64,000 nucleotides of DNA from an uncultured delta proteobacterium (GCA_963711835.1 CAVQFQ010000017.1:64001-128000), one strand, 5' to 3'; numbered from the stretch's first letter, positions 1 to 10,871 are shown. Translations and numbers: made by a program. Notes: a model not told the origin generated them from the sequence alone.

Positions 1-27
1 GCTCAGGTCTGCTCTTGACTCTTAGTC
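1..27. repeat. 27-bp direct repeat GCTCAGGTCTGCTCTTGACTCTTAGTC, copy 1 (contains the B3/B4 stop codon)
   Basis: Identical to 772-798; a variant lies at 15520-15541. Confidence 0.9.
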
Positions 28-758
28 ATTTCAAAACCGAGCAGGGTCATCCTCGGATTTTGCTCCGACAGCAGTTCAAACCGCAGGCGGCCGCCGCAGA
101 AACGACCCACCAATTCCATCACCTCATGGCCGGCCTGTTCAATCTCTTCGAATGGAACTGGCGGAAGGCCGTCCAGGTTGAACTCGATGTCTCGGGTGTC
201 GATCCGGGTCAGGGTATGGTTGGCCTGGCGCCAGGTCCACCTCCGGGTAAGCACGATTTCCCCTTCAATAAATATGATTTCACCGGGGAGGGGATGTTCC
301 TTCCGGTCGGAGCCAAAGGGGATGAATTCCTCCTGCCCGGTGGCCAATCGTAAAGCGATATCCCCGGTAAGCACATCGATGGCATGGCCTCCGGCTGGGA
401 TGAGATGCCGCAAAGAAATGATATGGCCGATATCTACCAGGGCATTAATGGCAGGCAGCGGCTCTCCCCGCAAGACGCGCCGGACCATGGCCTCAATGGA
501 AGAGCGGAACTCACTTGGCTTGGCCCCAAATGACCGATAGGCCTCACGCCAGGACTTGATGCGGGGATGGTCGGCAAGGTGTTCGACTTGCAACCGACCG
601 CGCACAGCCTCTTCAGTCTCCCGCAAGGTCTGAATCAGTTCCTCCGGCGAGAGGCCGTTGGTCACGCCGTGTGCCAGGACCACGCCCCTGACATAGCCGG
701 GAAAGCGTTCAAATATCTCAGGGGCAATAGTGTAGTACCGTTCACTCATGTTAGCCAT
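3..758 (-). CDS. B3/B4 domain protein (free-standing PheRS-beta editing-domain homolog)
   Basis: Motifs WREAYRSFG.KPS..RSS.EA..RR, LPAINALVD, GGH..D, RRWTWRQ. The start could also be 749. Confidence 0.85.
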   Translation of the reverse strand: MANMSERYYTIAPEIFERFPGYVRGVVLAHGVTNGLSPEELIQTLRETEEAVRGRLQVEHLADHPRIKSWREAYRSFGAKPSEFRSSIEAMVRRVLRGEPLPAINALVDIGHIISLRHLIPAGGHAIDVLTGDIALRLATGQEEFIPFGSDRKEHPLPGEIIFIEGEIVLTRRWTWRQANHTLTRIDTRDIEFNLDGLPPVPFEEIEQAGHEVMELVGRFCGGRLRFELLSEQNPRMTLLGFEMTKSQEQT

Positions 759-771
759 CTTAAGATATAGG

Positions 772-798
772 GCTCAGGTCTGCTCTTGACTCTTAGTC
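772..798. repeat. 27-bp direct repeat, copy 2 (upstream of the B3/B4 gene)
   Basis: Exact match to 1-27. Confidence 0.9.
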
Positions 799-900
799 GC
801 CTAAAAGAAAATATTTTGGTCGGGTCGGACCAAGGTACTCTCTTGATTTTCAATTTCCTGCCTGTCTCGATCGGTCCAATTTTAATCCGAAGAGTTGCCC

Positions 901-1350
901 CTAAATCTGAAGACCCGGAATAATAGCCAGAAATTCTGAGCTGTTCACTATTGTAAAAGGTAAAATCCCTATCCTTTTGAGATGGGAAAAGTCCTTTATG
1001 TCGCCTGTAACCAGATAATCCGCTTTTCCTTTAAGAGCTGAAACCAGGACCGGTACATCCTTGTCGGCAGTGACCCTAAGATATTTTTTTAACTCTTCGC
1101 TGCTTGGCAGGGGGATAATAATCAGGTTTAGTTTAGGAAGGTAGCTTTTATAGAGCGGGATACAGGCAGGCATTTTCTTAATCAGATTCCGCTCGATTTC
1201 AAGTATATTATAACGCCCGGTGAGACCTTTCAGAAAAGGCAGGTCAAGGCTCAACAGATCGAGAAGGATTCGGGGTGCTCCTCGGTCAGAGAAAAGTCCG
1301 GAAAGGATGACATTGGAATCGAGAAAGACCCTAACGATTTTTCCGGCCAT
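901..1350 (-). CDS. PIN-domain (VapC-like) toxin
   Basis: VFLDSNV N-terminus, EIERN, DKDVPVL, ADYLVTGD acidic motifs; overlaps the AbrB gene. Confidence 0.9.
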   Translation of the reverse strand: MAGKIVRVFLDSNVILSGLFSDRGAPRILLDLLSLDLPFLKGLTGRYNILEIERNLIKKMPACIPLYKSYLPKLNLIIIPLPSSEELKKYLRVTADKDVPVLVSALKGKADYLVTGDIKDFSHLKRIGILPFTIVNSSEFLAIIPGLQI

Positions 1351-1618
1351 AAGTGTCCTTATATAATTCCCCTCTCTCCTCTTTAAGACCCCTTAAAAGT
1401 TCTTCAACCGAACTGCCCGAGGCTTTGAGTATTTTCCGAATCTCTCTTCTGGCTTCTTCCAGCGGAAGCCTTTTAGGGGTGATCATAATCGAGTCCCCTA
1501 TTGGAATAAGGGAGACAACCTGGCCTTCTTCCAGAAGGCCTGCTTCCCTGATTTTCTTGGGAATGGTCAACTGGCCTCGAGATTTTATTTCAGCCCTATA
1601 AGCTTTGACGGCCTGCAT
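1331..1618 (-). CDS. AbrB/MazE/SpoVT-family antitoxin
   Basis: IKSRGQLTIPKKIRE motif; GAGGT RBS before ATG 1618. Confidence 0.9.
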   Translation of the reverse strand: MQAVKAYRAEIKSRGQLTIPKKIREAGLLEEGQVVSLIPIGDSIMITPKRLPLEEARREIRKILKASGSSVEELLRGLKEERGELYKDTYGRKNR

Positions 1619-1634
1619 ATCGTACCTCACAATT

Positions 1635-1675
1635 ATTTTTTTCTGATTTCAGAATATCAGAAATCAGAAAAAAAT
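1635..1675. promoter_or_regulatory. 16-bp perfect inverted repeat, probable TA autoregulation operator
   Basis: ATTTTTTTCTGATTTC-N9-GAAATCAGAAAAAAAT lies immediately upstream of the antitoxin. Confidence 0.6.
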
Positions 1676-1845
1676 CAATAGCTATACTTAAACGCGGGCA
1701 GTTTGCCTCGAAGTTGCATAAAAATTGATCGAAAAGGATTTTTTTATCAAAACAATTTGTTCTGACGATTTTGGCATTGGGGCCAAAATTCACCCTGGGT
1801 GAGGTGCGGCATTCAAAAAATTATCGATCAATTTTTACCCTTCGG

Positions 1846-1944
1846 GAAAGTTTGGGAGGCCGCCCCGCCCCGGCGGGATTGTCCAGGTCCCGCCAAGGCG
1901 GGATTCGCCCTGGACGTCTCGGGTCTGCAACCTCCGAAACTTTT
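1846..1944. repeat. Degenerate nested palindrome (AAAGTTTGGGAGG...CCTCCGAAACTTT) with two CCCGCC-GGCGGG mini-hairpins
   Basis: Nested arms visible: AAAGTT, GTCCAGG/CCTGGAC and TCCCGCCAAGGCGGGA. Confidence 0.5.
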
Positions 1945-2059
1945 GCAACATCGAGGTTCACTCAGTAACTCTGTCCTACCCACATTTATCAAAAAACCTC
2001 TTTTTATTCCATTGATCTCATTTTTTTAGGACCAGCGGTTACGGGCTTTGGCGGATAAA

Positions 2060-4012
2060 CTAACTGATCTCCAGCAGGGCTGACTCCTTGGCCTCTTTCT
2101 GGGAGGAAGGACCTTCCAGCGGCAGGTGGATGAGGAAGGTAGTTCCTTGACCTACCTGGCTTTGGACTTCAATGGTTCCCCCGTGTTCTTGGATGATCCC
2201 GTAGACCGTGCTCAGCCCCAACCCGGTTCCTTTCCCGACCTCTTTGGTGGTAAAGAAGGGGTCAAAGATCCGGGAAAGGATTTCAGGAGGGATTCCAGCC
2301 CCGGTATCGCTGAGTTCCAAGGCGATTTTATCGTCGCCGGGAAGGGTGTAGGTGCGCAAGGTCAAGGTTCCGTTACCGCCCATGGCATCAGCGGCGTTGG
2401 TCATTAAATTGATAATGACCTGATTCAACTGCCCGGGATCGGTGATGATTTCAGGCAGCCCGGGATCCAGCTCCTCCACCACGTGGATATTATGGAACAG
2501 GGCTTGTTTTCCCAAGAGGCTGACGGTCTGTTTTACCGATTGATTGGGGTTCCAGGGAACCCAGCGATGCTGGGTCTGGCGGCTGAATTCGAGCAGCTCC
2601 TTGACGATCTCCTTGCAGCGCATGGTTTGTTCAACAATCTGAGCCAGGTCATCCCACCGGGAATCTTCCCGGCCTGTTTCTTCCAATAGCATATTGGCGT
2701 AGATGAGGATTCCACCCAGGGGGTTATTGATTTCATGGGCCACTCCGGCCGCCAATTTTCCCAAAGAAGCCATCTTCTCCGAATGCAGCAGCTTGAGATG
2801 GGTTTCTTCCAACTCCTTTTGCATACGGATTCGTTCTCGAAGACCCGTAAAAATCCCCACACTGGCAATTTCCTGCCCGTTTTCATCATAGATTAAGGCT
2901 GCGGAAAGATTGGCGGGAAAGGATTCCCCCAGCTTGGTGACCAGGGTGACCTGGGTGCCGCCCAATTTTCCCGGGGGGCCATAATCACTGCTGCGAAGCC
3001 GGCGCATGATATCTTTGGCCAGGCCCTCCGGGTAAATCTGGGTGATATGGACCTGTTCCAAAGCCACTTCGGCAGTGTAACCCAGCAAGCGTTCCGCCCC
3101 CTGATTAAAGACGATTATTTTTCCTTTCATATCAGCGGCGATAATGCCGTCCACGGAACTGATAATGATGTTTTTTAAAAAATTATTGGTCTTGCGCATT
3201 TCGTTTTCCATCAGGATGCGGTCCGAAAGGTCGCGCAGATAGGCATAGGTTTTTCGCTGCCCTTCCAGGGAGGCCAGAGCCAGGCAGATCTCCACCTCCC
3301 GGGGGAGCCGGGAGGCCTGGATGAGTCTTAACTGGGTACAAACCTTCCGGTTCTCCGAATATTTCAGGTTCATTTGGGTCGGAAGGGCCAAGAGGAATTT
3401 CCGGTCATCCTCGGAGAGAAGGGAACGGAAATCCAGGCCGATCAACTGCTCTTTCGAAAAACCCGTTATTTCAGAGGCCAGGGAGTTGGCAAATTCAATC
3501 CGATAATCCTCATCAAAGACCAGGATGCCGTCATTGCCTAACTCGATAATTTTATAGAGAGCTTGGTGAATTTCCAGCAGGCGTCTCTCCATTGATTTAT
3601 AAGCGGAGATATCGCGGACCAGGGCATAAATCTGGTTCCGCTCGAAGAGACTGGGACTGGAAAAAAGGGAGAGTTCCACATCTTTGGTCTCTCCTTGAGG
3701 CCTTACCAACTTAACCTCGGAGGTGACCTTGAATCTGGACCGCGAGATGGGGGTTTGCAGCATATCCCGGATGACCGAACGGTCCTGAGGGGAAAAAAGG
3801 AAGAAAATTTCCTGATGGATCAGATCCGGCAAGGGATAGCCTAAGATCGTAAGGGCCTGTTCATTCAACCAGATAATTCTTAAATCCGAACCCAAGATCA
3901 GAAGCCCCTCACCCCCGATCTGGCCGATGGTCTGGAGGGCTTCTTCCAGAAAGGCCAGACGTTCTTCGGGAGACAAATGATCAGATCCGGCAAAGGGAGA
4001 ACCGTCGTTCAT
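2060..4012 (-). CDS. Cytoplasmic multi-PAS sensor histidine kinase
   Basis: Three PAS-like repeats; H-box AHEINNPL; N, G1 (DTGAG), F (FDPFFTTK) and G2 (GTGLGL) boxes; RBS before ATG 4012. Confidence 0.9.
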   Translation of the reverse strand: MNDGSPFAGSDHLSPEERLAFLEEALQTIGQIGGEGLLILGSDLRIIWLNEQALTILGYPLPDLIHQEIFFLFSPQDRSVIRDMLQTPISRSRFKVTSEVKLVRPQGETKDVELSLFSSPSLFERNQIYALVRDISAYKSMERRLLEIHQALYKIIELGNDGILVFDEDYRIEFANSLASEITGFSKEQLIGLDFRSLLSEDDRKFLLALPTQMNLKYSENRKVCTQLRLIQASRLPREVEICLALASLEGQRKTYAYLRDLSDRILMENEMRKTNNFLKNIIISSVDGIIAADMKGKIIVFNQGAERLLGYTAEVALEQVHITQIYPEGLAKDIMRRLRSSDYGPPGKLGGTQVTLVTKLGESFPANLSAALIYDENGQEIASVGIFTGLRERIRMQKELEETHLKLLHSEKMASLGKLAAGVAHEINNPLGGILIYANMLLEETGREDSRWDDLAQIVEQTMRCKEIVKELLEFSRQTQHRWVPWNPNQSVKQTVSLLGKQALFHNIHVVEELDPGLPEIITDPGQLNQVIINLMTNAADAMGGNGTLTLRTYTLPGDDKIALELSDTGAGIPPEILSRIFDPFFTTKEVGKGTGLGLSTVYGIIQEHGGTIEVQSQVGQGTTFLIHLPLEGPSSQKEAKESALLEIS

Positions 4013-4136
4013 TTCGTTCCTCGTAAAACCCACGGGGGGGTGAAAAGGTGTTGGCCTGCCGAAAGACCCATCGGGCAAAAAACCAAGTGGTTTTTATTGT
4101 ATCAAAATTCTGGATCTAACCAAAGCGCCATCCAGG

Positions 4137-4688
4137 TTATTTGATCCGTTTGGATAGGACCTTGAATTCAGGGCTGCCCGCTCTTTCCAGGATCTGAAAT
4201 AATACGGTTTCCGTTGTAGTAATGACCGCCCCGGCATCCCTCAGGAATTCTATTCCGACCTGAAAATTGTTAGTCGTCCTGGAGCAAACAGCATCTTGAA
4301 TTACGTGGACATCATACCCTTCTTCCAATAATCCCAGGGCGGTCTGGAGAATGCAAATATGGGTTTCCATGCCGGTCAGGAGGACCTTTTTCCTGCCGGC
4401 GGCGGCCAGGAGGGTCGGAAATCCCTCTTCCCGGCAGCAGTTGAAGGACACCTTTTCAAAGGGTTCATAGGCCGGCAGCGATTCTTTTATCTCTTTTAAG
4501 GTGGGACCGAGACCCCTCGGGAATTGTTCCGTAAGCAGGATCGGGATATGATGGAGTTTGGCCAATTCAATAAGATGGAGGGCGTTGGCCACGACCCTGT
4601 CTTTTTCAGCCATGGCCGCAGCCAGTCTTTCCTGGATGTCGATAATAACCAGAAGGGTTTCTCGGGCATTTAGGTGAAATTTATCCAT
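4137..4688 (-). CDS. Isochorismatase/YcaC-family hydrolase
   Basis: VIIDIQE, TEQFPRGLG, K.SF, GMETHICI motifs; GAGGAG RBS before ATG 4688. Confidence 0.9.
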   Translation of the reverse strand: MDKFHLNARETLLVIIDIQERLAAAMAEKDRVVANALHLIELAKLHHIPILLTEQFPRGLGPTLKEIKESLPAYEPFEKVSFNCCREEGFPTLLAAAGRKKVLLTGMETHICILQTALGLLEEGYDVHVIQDAVCSRTTNNFQVGIEFLRDAGAVITTTETVLFQILERAGSPEFKVLSKRIK

Positions 4689-4718
4689 CAGGTCTCCTCT
4701 CGTTAACGGGTATTTCAA

Positions 4719-4883
4719 GGGCAGGACCGTGACAGATTGAAGCTTGTCCGGCGGTGCGATAGGTTCGATTGCGGTCCGGATGTGTTGGACCAGCTTTTTT
4801 GTCAGTTTCTCGGCGGGCTTGAAGCCCCCTTTAAAGGCGACATAGACATATAGGCCCTCGCCATTGATCTCGTGAGGAAGGCC
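4719..4883 (-). pseudogene. Remnant of an acetyl-CoA synthetase C-terminal domain
   Basis: GLPHEINGEGLYVYV...IRTAIEPIAPPDKLQSVTVLP aligns with Acs [15 protein letters not shown]...[21 protein letters not shown] (7116-9110). Confidence 0.75.
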
Positions 4884-4885
4884 TC

Positions 4886-6760
4886 TCAACTCAAGGGCTC
4901 TTCAAAACGACAGGTTAACGACAGCATATCTTCCTCAAAAGCCGTTGTTACTTTGTAAGGCAGTTTGTTGAAGAGCTTGATCATCCCCTGGTTCTGGGGC
5001 TGGGTATAGGCCACTAATCCGGAGATGCCGTTTTCTTTGGCGATTTCAGCCAGCATCGGCAACAGGACCGAGCACAGGCCTTTCTTCTGCCATTCCTTTA
5101 GAACCGAAAAGGCCACTTCGGCTAGGTTTTTGGCCGGATTGAGGAAGTAGGCCCCGACGGCAATGACCTTTTCGAAACCAAACTCTCCAATGACGGCCAC
5201 CATAGGCATTTCCCGGACATAATCCACCTGGACCATAACGGCCACATCCTTCCTGGAGAAAAAGAGCTTTTCGTGGAGAAACCGGGAAAAGATATCGGCC
5301 TTGTCCATATTATAGAAATGTTCCTGGATCAGGCGTTCATCCGCGGGCCGGGCCGGCCGGAAGACCACCTCTTGCCCTCCGATTTCCCGGGTGGGCTCCA
5401 TCTTCAAGGGACAGATGCCGAAAATGGATTCACCCAGGCTCCGCTCCGGACCGAGGAGTTCCATTTCTTTGGCCTGGTAAAAGAGGTCTTCCCGGAAATC
5501 AGGGTGGGCAATGCTGATTAAGGCCATAGCCCGTTCCTGAAGACTCTTGCCGAAGAGATTTACCACCCCAAACTCGGTGGCCACATAATGAACATCTCCC
5601 CGGGGAACCACCACGGCCGTATGCTCCAGTATGGGCACGATGCGGCTATTTTTACCGTCCGGGGTGGTGGAGGGAAGGGTCAAGATGGCCTTGCCCCCTT
5701 CGGATTCCGAAGAACCCCGGATGAAATCCACCATGCTCGTGGTACCCGAAAAGTGATTGTAGGGCAGGGCATCGGCCGCCACCTGGCCCGTCAAGTCCAT
5801 GGCCATCGCTACGTTGATGGAAATCATTTTGTGGTGGCGGGCAATGATGGCGGGGTTATTCACATAATCGGAGGGGTAAAATTCGACGCCTGGATTGTCC
5901 TCTACGAAGTCATAAAGATCGCGGCTGCCTATGGCGCCGCTGGCCACTATTTTGCCTTCATTGAACCCCTTTTTACGGTTGGTAATGGCTCCGTGGACCA
6001 CCAGGTTCATGATGGCATCGGTCAGGAAACGGGTATGAATCCCCAGGTCCTTTTTGTCCTGCAAGGCCATCAGGATGGCATGTGGTGAGGCCCCTAAACT
6101 CATATGGAGGGTGGAGCCGTCATCGATCAACTTGGCCACCTGGCGGCCTATCAGATGAGCCGCCTGGTCTTCCAAGGGCGGTCTGATGGTCAAGAGGGGT
6201 TCCTCGCACTCTACCACCAGATCCACTTCGTTGACATGAAGAAAACTCTGGCCCAGGACCCGAGGCATTTGGGGATTGACCTGGGCAATGACCAGGTCGG
6301 CTGACTGGGCGGCCGCCAAGGTGACATCGACGGAGATGCCCAGGCTCATCCAGCCGAAATCATCGGGAGGAGAAACCTGGATCAAGGCCGTATGGATCGG
6401 AAGCTGCCGGCTCTTAAAAAGCCGGGGTAAAGCGGATAGGTTAATGGGGGTGATGAACCGTTTGTTTTTGGCCAGGGTTCGGGTCTCGATCGACCCCAGA
6501 TAAAAGGAACGAATAGTGAAACAATCGCATTCGGTCTTATGGGCAATCAACGTCAAGGGCGAGAATTCCTGGCAGAAGAGCCCGATGATCTCCAGATCAG
6601 CAAACCGGGAAGCCTGGGCGGCCAACTCTTTTACCAGACATGGGGGTTCTCCGCTGGCTGTCCCAATGAAAACCCTTTGCCCTGATTGAATCCGCCGGAT
6701 GGCTTCCTGCGGCGAGGTGCGCTTTTGCAGATAATCATCCGGCCAGCGACGGTCAGCCAT
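4886..6760 (-). CDS. Acetyl-CoA hydrolase/transferase-fold domain fused to a C-terminal GNAT acetyltransferase
   Basis: QVSPPD..G.MSLG.SVD and DVHYVATEFGV...ERA.ALISIAHPDFRE; GNAT motif AEVAFSV..EWQKKGL. Confidence 0.88.
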   Translation of the reverse strand: MADRRWPDDYLQKRTSPQEAIRRIQSGQRVFIGTASGEPPCLVKELAAQASRFADLEIIGLFCQEFSPLTLIAHKTECDCFTIRSFYLGSIETRTLAKNKRFITPINLSALPRLFKSRQLPIHTALIQVSPPDDFGWMSLGISVDVTLAAAQSADLVIAQVNPQMPRVLGQSFLHVNEVDLVVECEEPLLTIRPPLEDQAAHLIGRQVAKLIDDGSTLHMSLGASPHAILMALQDKKDLGIHTRFLTDAIMNLVVHGAITNRKKGFNEGKIVASGAIGSRDLYDFVEDNPGVEFYPSDYVNNPAIIARHHKMISINVAMAMDLTGQVAADALPYNHFSGTTSMVDFIRGSSESEGGKAILTLPSTTPDGKNSRIVPILEHTAVVVPRGDVHYVATEFGVVNLFGKSLQERAMALISIAHPDFREDLFYQAKEMELLGPERSLGESIFGICPLKMEPTREIGGQEVVFRPARPADERLIQEHFYNMDKADIFSRFLHEKLFFSRKDVAVMVQVDYVREMPMVAVIGEFGFEKVIAVGAYFLNPAKNLAEVAFSVLKEWQKKGLCSVLLPMLAEIAKENGISGLVAYTQPQNQGMIKLFNKLPYKVTTAFEEDMLSLTCRFEEPLS

Positions 6761-6856
6761 ATTTTTTTCCGTAGGAAATAGGAAATAAAATCTTCCAGTT
6801 AATTTTACCTGGATTGTTCCCTCTGTCAATCTAATATCCCTCTCCAAAAATAATTG

Positions 6857-6885
6857 TTGACAACCTAGGTAATTTGTAATAAATT
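6857..6885 (+). promoter_or_regulatory. Sigma70-type promoter for acs
   Basis: TTGACA-17 bp-TAAATT. Confidence 0.6.
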
Positions 6886-6891
6886 TCACAT
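6874..6891. promoter_or_regulatory. Rex-like (or CRP/FNR-like) palindrome overlapping the acs -10 box
   Basis: TTGTAATAAATTTCACAT matches TTGTGAAWWWWTTCACAA at 15/18 positions. Confidence 0.45.
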
Positions 6892-7115
6892 GCTCAGGGA
6901 AAAGTTCGTATCTTTTGTTACTATTTTTTTGCAGGCGGGGGGGTGAGAGTTAACCAAAAACGGCAATAAGGGGCTCATCAGGTACTGTTACGAGAATAGG
7001 ATTATCAAGATAGTCTGATCTAAGGTTAAGAAGACAAAAGGATATGTTTAGCAACCCCTATGGCCTTGGATAGAAGAAGAGTACCCGTTTCCAATATAAA
7101 ATCAGGAGGTAGATT

Positions 7116-9110
7116 ATGGCAGAAATTACATCGATGATGGAGGAAACAAGGAAATTTCCGCCTCCGAAGGAGTTTGTTGATCAGGCCTACATCAAGAGTA
7201 GAGAAGCCTATGAAGAGATGTGGAAGGAATCGGTTGAGAACCCGGAGAAATTCTGGGGCAAGGTAGCCTCAGAGCTGTTTTGGTTCAAGAAATGGGACAA
7301 GGTGAATGTAGAAGATTTCAAGAATGCCAAACTTCAATGGTTTGTAGGCGGCAAGACGAATATTACCTATAACTGCCTCGATTACCAGGTTGAAAAAGGC
7401 AGGGGTGACAAGGTTGCGATACTATTCCAGGGCGAACCGGACGACGATGTCAAGAAATATACTTACAAAGACCTTTTAAAGGAAGTCTCCAGGTTTGCCA
7501 ATGTCCTGAAGAAAAGAGGCGTCAAGAAGGGAGATCGGATTGCCATTTATCTGCCCATGATTGCCGAGCTTCCCATTGCTATGATGGCCTGTGCCCGTAT
7601 AGGGGCCATCCACACCATCGTTTTCGGCGGTTTCTCGGCTGAGTCTTTGAGGGACCGGATTCTGGACGCCGGTGCAAAGGTCCTAATTACCGCCAACGGC
7701 TACTGGAGAGCGGGCAGGCAAGTAAGCTCCAAGACCAATGCCGATGCCGCAGTGACTTATTGCGCCAAAGAAGGGCACCAGGTAGATACGGTAATGGTGG
7801 TGCAGCGGTTGGAGAATTTTGAGGTACCGATGACGCCCGGAAGAGATTTCTGGTGGCAGGATGAAATGAAGGCCGCTGATATCAGCGACAACTGCCCTGC
7901 AGAGCCAATGGACGCTGAAGACCCGCTTTTCATCCTCTATACCTCGGGCTCAACCGGCAAACCCAAGGGTGTTCTCCATACCATCGGCGGTTATATGGTT
8001 TTTACCTATCTCACCTTTAAGTATGTCTTTGATTATAAGGAGAAAGATATTTTTTGGTGTACCGCCGATATCGGCTGGGTAACAGGCCACTCCTACATCG
8101 TCTATGGGCCGCTGGCCAACGGCGCCACCTCAGTCGTGTTCGAAAGCGTTCCTACCTTTCCAAAGCCTGACCGATTCTGGCAGGTGGTGGAGAAGCTTAA
8201 GGTAACTACTTTCTATACCGCTCCGACCGCTATCCGGGCCATTATGAGAGAAGGGGACCAATGGCCAAACGGAAGAGACCTTTCATCTCTGAGGCTCCTT
8301 GGCACGGTCGGTGAGCCGATCAATCCCGAAGCCTGGATGTGGTACCATAAGGTTATCGGCAAGGAAAGATGCCCCATTGTAGATACCTGGTGGCAGACCG
8401 AGACTGGTGGAATCCTGATTACCCCGCTCCCCGGAGCCTGGGTGACGAAACCCGGTTCGGCAACCCTGCCCTTCTTCGGTGTCGATCCGGTTATCTTGAA
8501 GGCCAGGGCCTCAGCCAATGAGCCGGCCGTGGAGGCAGGAGTGAATGAGGGCGGCGAGCTCTGCATCAGAAGATCTTGGCCTGGTCTGATGAGAACCGTC
8601 TATAAAGAGCCGGAAAGATTTTACAACACCTATTTTATCCAGCAACCCGGCTTTTACTTCTCAGGCGACGGTGCCAGAAGGGATGAGGACGGCTATTTCT
8701 GGTTGATGGGCCGTATTGACGACGTGGTGAACATTTCCGGTCACCGGATTGGGACCGCCGAGGTTGAAAGTGCCCTTGTTTCCCACCCGGCTGTTGCCGA
8801 AGCAGCCGTAGTTGGTTTCCCGCATGATATAAAAGGGGAAGACCTTTATGCCTATGTTATCCTCAAAGTAGGCTTTGAGGGAAGTGATGCCTTAAGGAAA
8901 GAGCTGGTGGCCCAAGTGAGAAAGGAAATCGGCCCGATTGCCTCTCCCGGCAAGCTTCAGTTCGTTCCCGGTCTTCCGAAGACCAGGTCCGGTAAGATCA
9001 TGAGAAGGATTTTGAGGAAGGTTGCCTCCGGCGAGATCAGCCAGCTTGGCGATATCACAACCCTGGCGGATCCGTCGGTCGTTGAGGACATTGTCAAGGG
9101 CAGGCTGTAA
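7116..9110 (+). CDS. acs: AMP-forming acetyl-CoA synthetase
   Basis: [40 protein letters not shown]. Confidence 0.97.
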   Translation: MAEITSMMEETRKFPPPKEFVDQAYIKSREAYEEMWKESVENPEKFWGKVASELFWFKKWDKVNVEDFKNAKLQWFVGGKTNITYNCLDYQVEKGRGDKVAILFQGEPDDDVKKYTYKDLLKEVSRFANVLKKRGVKKGDRIAIYLPMIAELPIAMMACARIGAIHTIVFGGFSAESLRDRILDAGAKVLITANGYWRAGRQVSSKTNADAAVTYCAKEGHQVDTVMVVQRLENFEVPMTPGRDFWWQDEMKAADISDNCPAEPMDAEDPLFILYTSGSTGKPKGVLHTIGGYMVFTYLTFKYVFDYKEKDIFWCTADIGWVTGHSYIVYGPLANGATSVVFESVPTFPKPDRFWQVVEKLKVTTFYTAPTAIRAIMREGDQWPNGRDLSSLRLLGTVGEPINPEAWMWYHKVIGKERCPIVDTWWQTETGGILITPLPGAWVTKPGSATLPFFGVDPVILKARASANEPAVEAGVNEGGELCIRRSWPGLMRTVYKEPERFYNTYFIQQPGFYFSGDGARRDEDGYFWLMGRIDDVVNISGHRIGTAEVESALVSHPAVAEAAVVGFPHDIKGEDLYAYVILKVGFEGSDALRKELVAQVRKEIGPIASPGKLQFVPGLPKTRSGKIMRRILRKVASGEISQLGDITTLADPSVVEDIVKGRL

Positions 9111-9196
9111 AGATAAACCTGGTACCATCGTCCGATGATGGAGCAACAAGTCGAACGTATCAGGCATTGAAGTTCAGGTCCCTGGATGAAAACAGC

Positions 9197-9236
9197 TCCC
9201 GGTCCGGTCTCGCCAGACAAGGAGATCGGACCGGGA
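9197..9236 (+). terminator. Stem-loop downstream of acs
   Basis: TCCCGGTCCGGTCTC-N10-GAGATCGGACCGGGA; no U-tract. Confidence 0.45.
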
Positions 9237-9420
9237 ACAGGGATCGGGCCTGATAATAGAGATCATTCAATGATGCTTTTAAGCCCCCGGCACCAAGGGG
9301 CAGTCCGCCTTAGGTGGATTTCAGGTAAGGATACTATCTCTGTAGTGAATCTGACTCGCCAACCCGCGCAGCAAGCAGCAGGTAGGGGTTCGCTGTTCAT
9401 TTTAAAAGGAGATTAATAAA

Positions 9421-10797
9421 ATGCCAACACAAGTAGAGAAAGAGCCAGGAAGGGCCTGGGTTGTAGTCTTTGCCGGAGTTGCCGTTAATCTCTGCTTAGG
9501 GATTTTATATGCCTGGAGCGTCTGGAAAAAGGCTTTGGTCGATAAAGGTAAAGCGGATGTGGGGGAGATTATGACCGGTATCAATGCCGGATGGCCCTAT
9601 CTAACAGACACCCAAGGGACCGTTGCCTATTTCCTTTGCGGTCTCATATTCGCCGTTTTTATGATTCCGGGAGGCAAGCTCCAGGACCGATACGGTCCCA
9701 AATTGGGGGCTACATTAGGAGGGCTTTCCCTGGCGGCAGGTTGTATTATTGCCGGATTAATGAAAAGTTATTTCGGTTTGATCTTTGGTTTTGGAATACT
9801 CGGGGGCATCGGCATGGGACTGGGTTATGCCGCACCAACCCCGGCAGCCCTAAAATGGTTCGGCCCGCATCGAAGGGGCCTAATTGCCGGTATTGTGGTG
9901 GGCGGCTACGGGGGGGCGGCCCTTTATATCGCCCCTTTAGGACAATATTTTATTGATACCTATGGCATTTCGGGCAGCTTTATCGGCCTTGGAATCATAT
10001 TTGCGATAGTGGTGATTATCGCCGGCCAGCTGCTTTCCAACCCCCCTGCCGGTTATATCCCCGCTAAGCCGCCCCTCCAGTCGGAAATAAAGCGTGAACC
10101 GGCCATGACCTGGGCGAATCGGTTGATAGCCAAGGCCGTGCCCCGCTGGCTGGGCAAAAGCGACGGAAAAAACAATAGTCCGCGCGACATAACCCCGGCA
10201 GGGGATTATTCCCCAAAACAGGTATTGGCCAAGTGGCAACTTTATGCCCTGGTTCTGATGTTCATTGGGAGCGCCCAGTCCGGCATGTTGGTCATTGCCA
10301 ATGCCGCCCCCATCCTGGCCAAGACCGCCGGGAAACTCGAGTTTTTTGTGAAAAATGCTTGGATCATCGTGGCCTTCGGCGGTTTGGTCAATGCCTTTGG
10401 CCGGGTCGGTTCCGGGCTCTATTCCGATAAAATTGGGCGCGCCAACGCCTATACCGTTAATTGCGTGATTTCGGCCCTGTTTTTATTGGCCACGCCTTTT
10501 ATTATCAAGGCCGAGAATATCCCCCTTTTGTTTTTAGCCATCGGGGTTGCCTATTGGCAGTATGGGGGAGGTCTCTCGATAATGCCTGCTTTTACGGCTG
10601 ACTTTTTTGGCTCTAAAAACCTGGGGGCAAACTACGGGCTGGTTTTTCTCGGCTGGGGATTGGGGTTTTTAATGCCCTTGTTGGCCGGCTATATAAAGGA
10701 CAGCACCGGTTCCTATTCGCTGTCGTTTTATATTTCGGCGGCGGTCCTGATTGTGGCGGTTATCCTCTCCCGCTTCCTTAAAAAACCCACAAAATAA
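9421..10797 (+). CDS. MFS transporter, oxalate/formate antiporter (OFA)-like
   Basis: LG..YAWSV, GKLQDRYGPK, KWF...RGL..G and D.FG.KNLGANYG motifs; about 12 TM segments. Confidence 0.88.
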   Translation: MPTQVEKEPGRAWVVVFAGVAVNLCLGILYAWSVWKKALVDKGKADVGEIMTGINAGWPYLTDTQGTVAYFLCGLIFAVFMIPGGKLQDRYGPKLGATLGGLSLAAGCIIAGLMKSYFGLIFGFGILGGIGMGLGYAAPTPAALKWFGPHRRGLIAGIVVGGYGGAALYIAPLGQYFIDTYGISGSFIGLGIIFAIVVIIAGQLLSNPPAGYIPAKPPLQSEIKREPAMTWANRLIAKAVPRWLGKSDGKNNSPRDITPAGDYSPKQVLAKWQLYALVLMFIGSAQSGMLVIANAAPILAKTAGKLEFFVKNAWIIVAFGGLVNAFGRVGSGLYSDKIGRANAYTVNCVISALFLLATPFIIKAENIPLLFLAIGVAYWQYGGGLSIMPAFTADFFGSKNLGANYGLVFLGWGLGFLMPLLAGYIKDSTGSYSLSFYISAAVLIVAVILSRFLKKPTK

Positions 10798-10800
10798 AAA

Positions 10801-10857
10801 GGGTTCAAAAGGGGCCCAGGAAGGGCAATTCACCTGATTCCTGGACCCCTTGAACCC
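10801..10857. terminator. Hairpin between the convergent MFS and acuC genes
   Basis: GGGTTCAAAAGGGGCCCAGGAA...TTCCTGGACCCCTTGAACCC. Confidence 0.55.
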
Positions 10858-10871
10858 TCGATCCCCTATCT

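Noticed and set aside
9282-9392. IS200/IS605-end-like sequence (ACCCGCGCAGCAAGCAGCAGG)
   Set aside because: It is too degenerate, single-copy in the window, and has no tnpA or tnpB.
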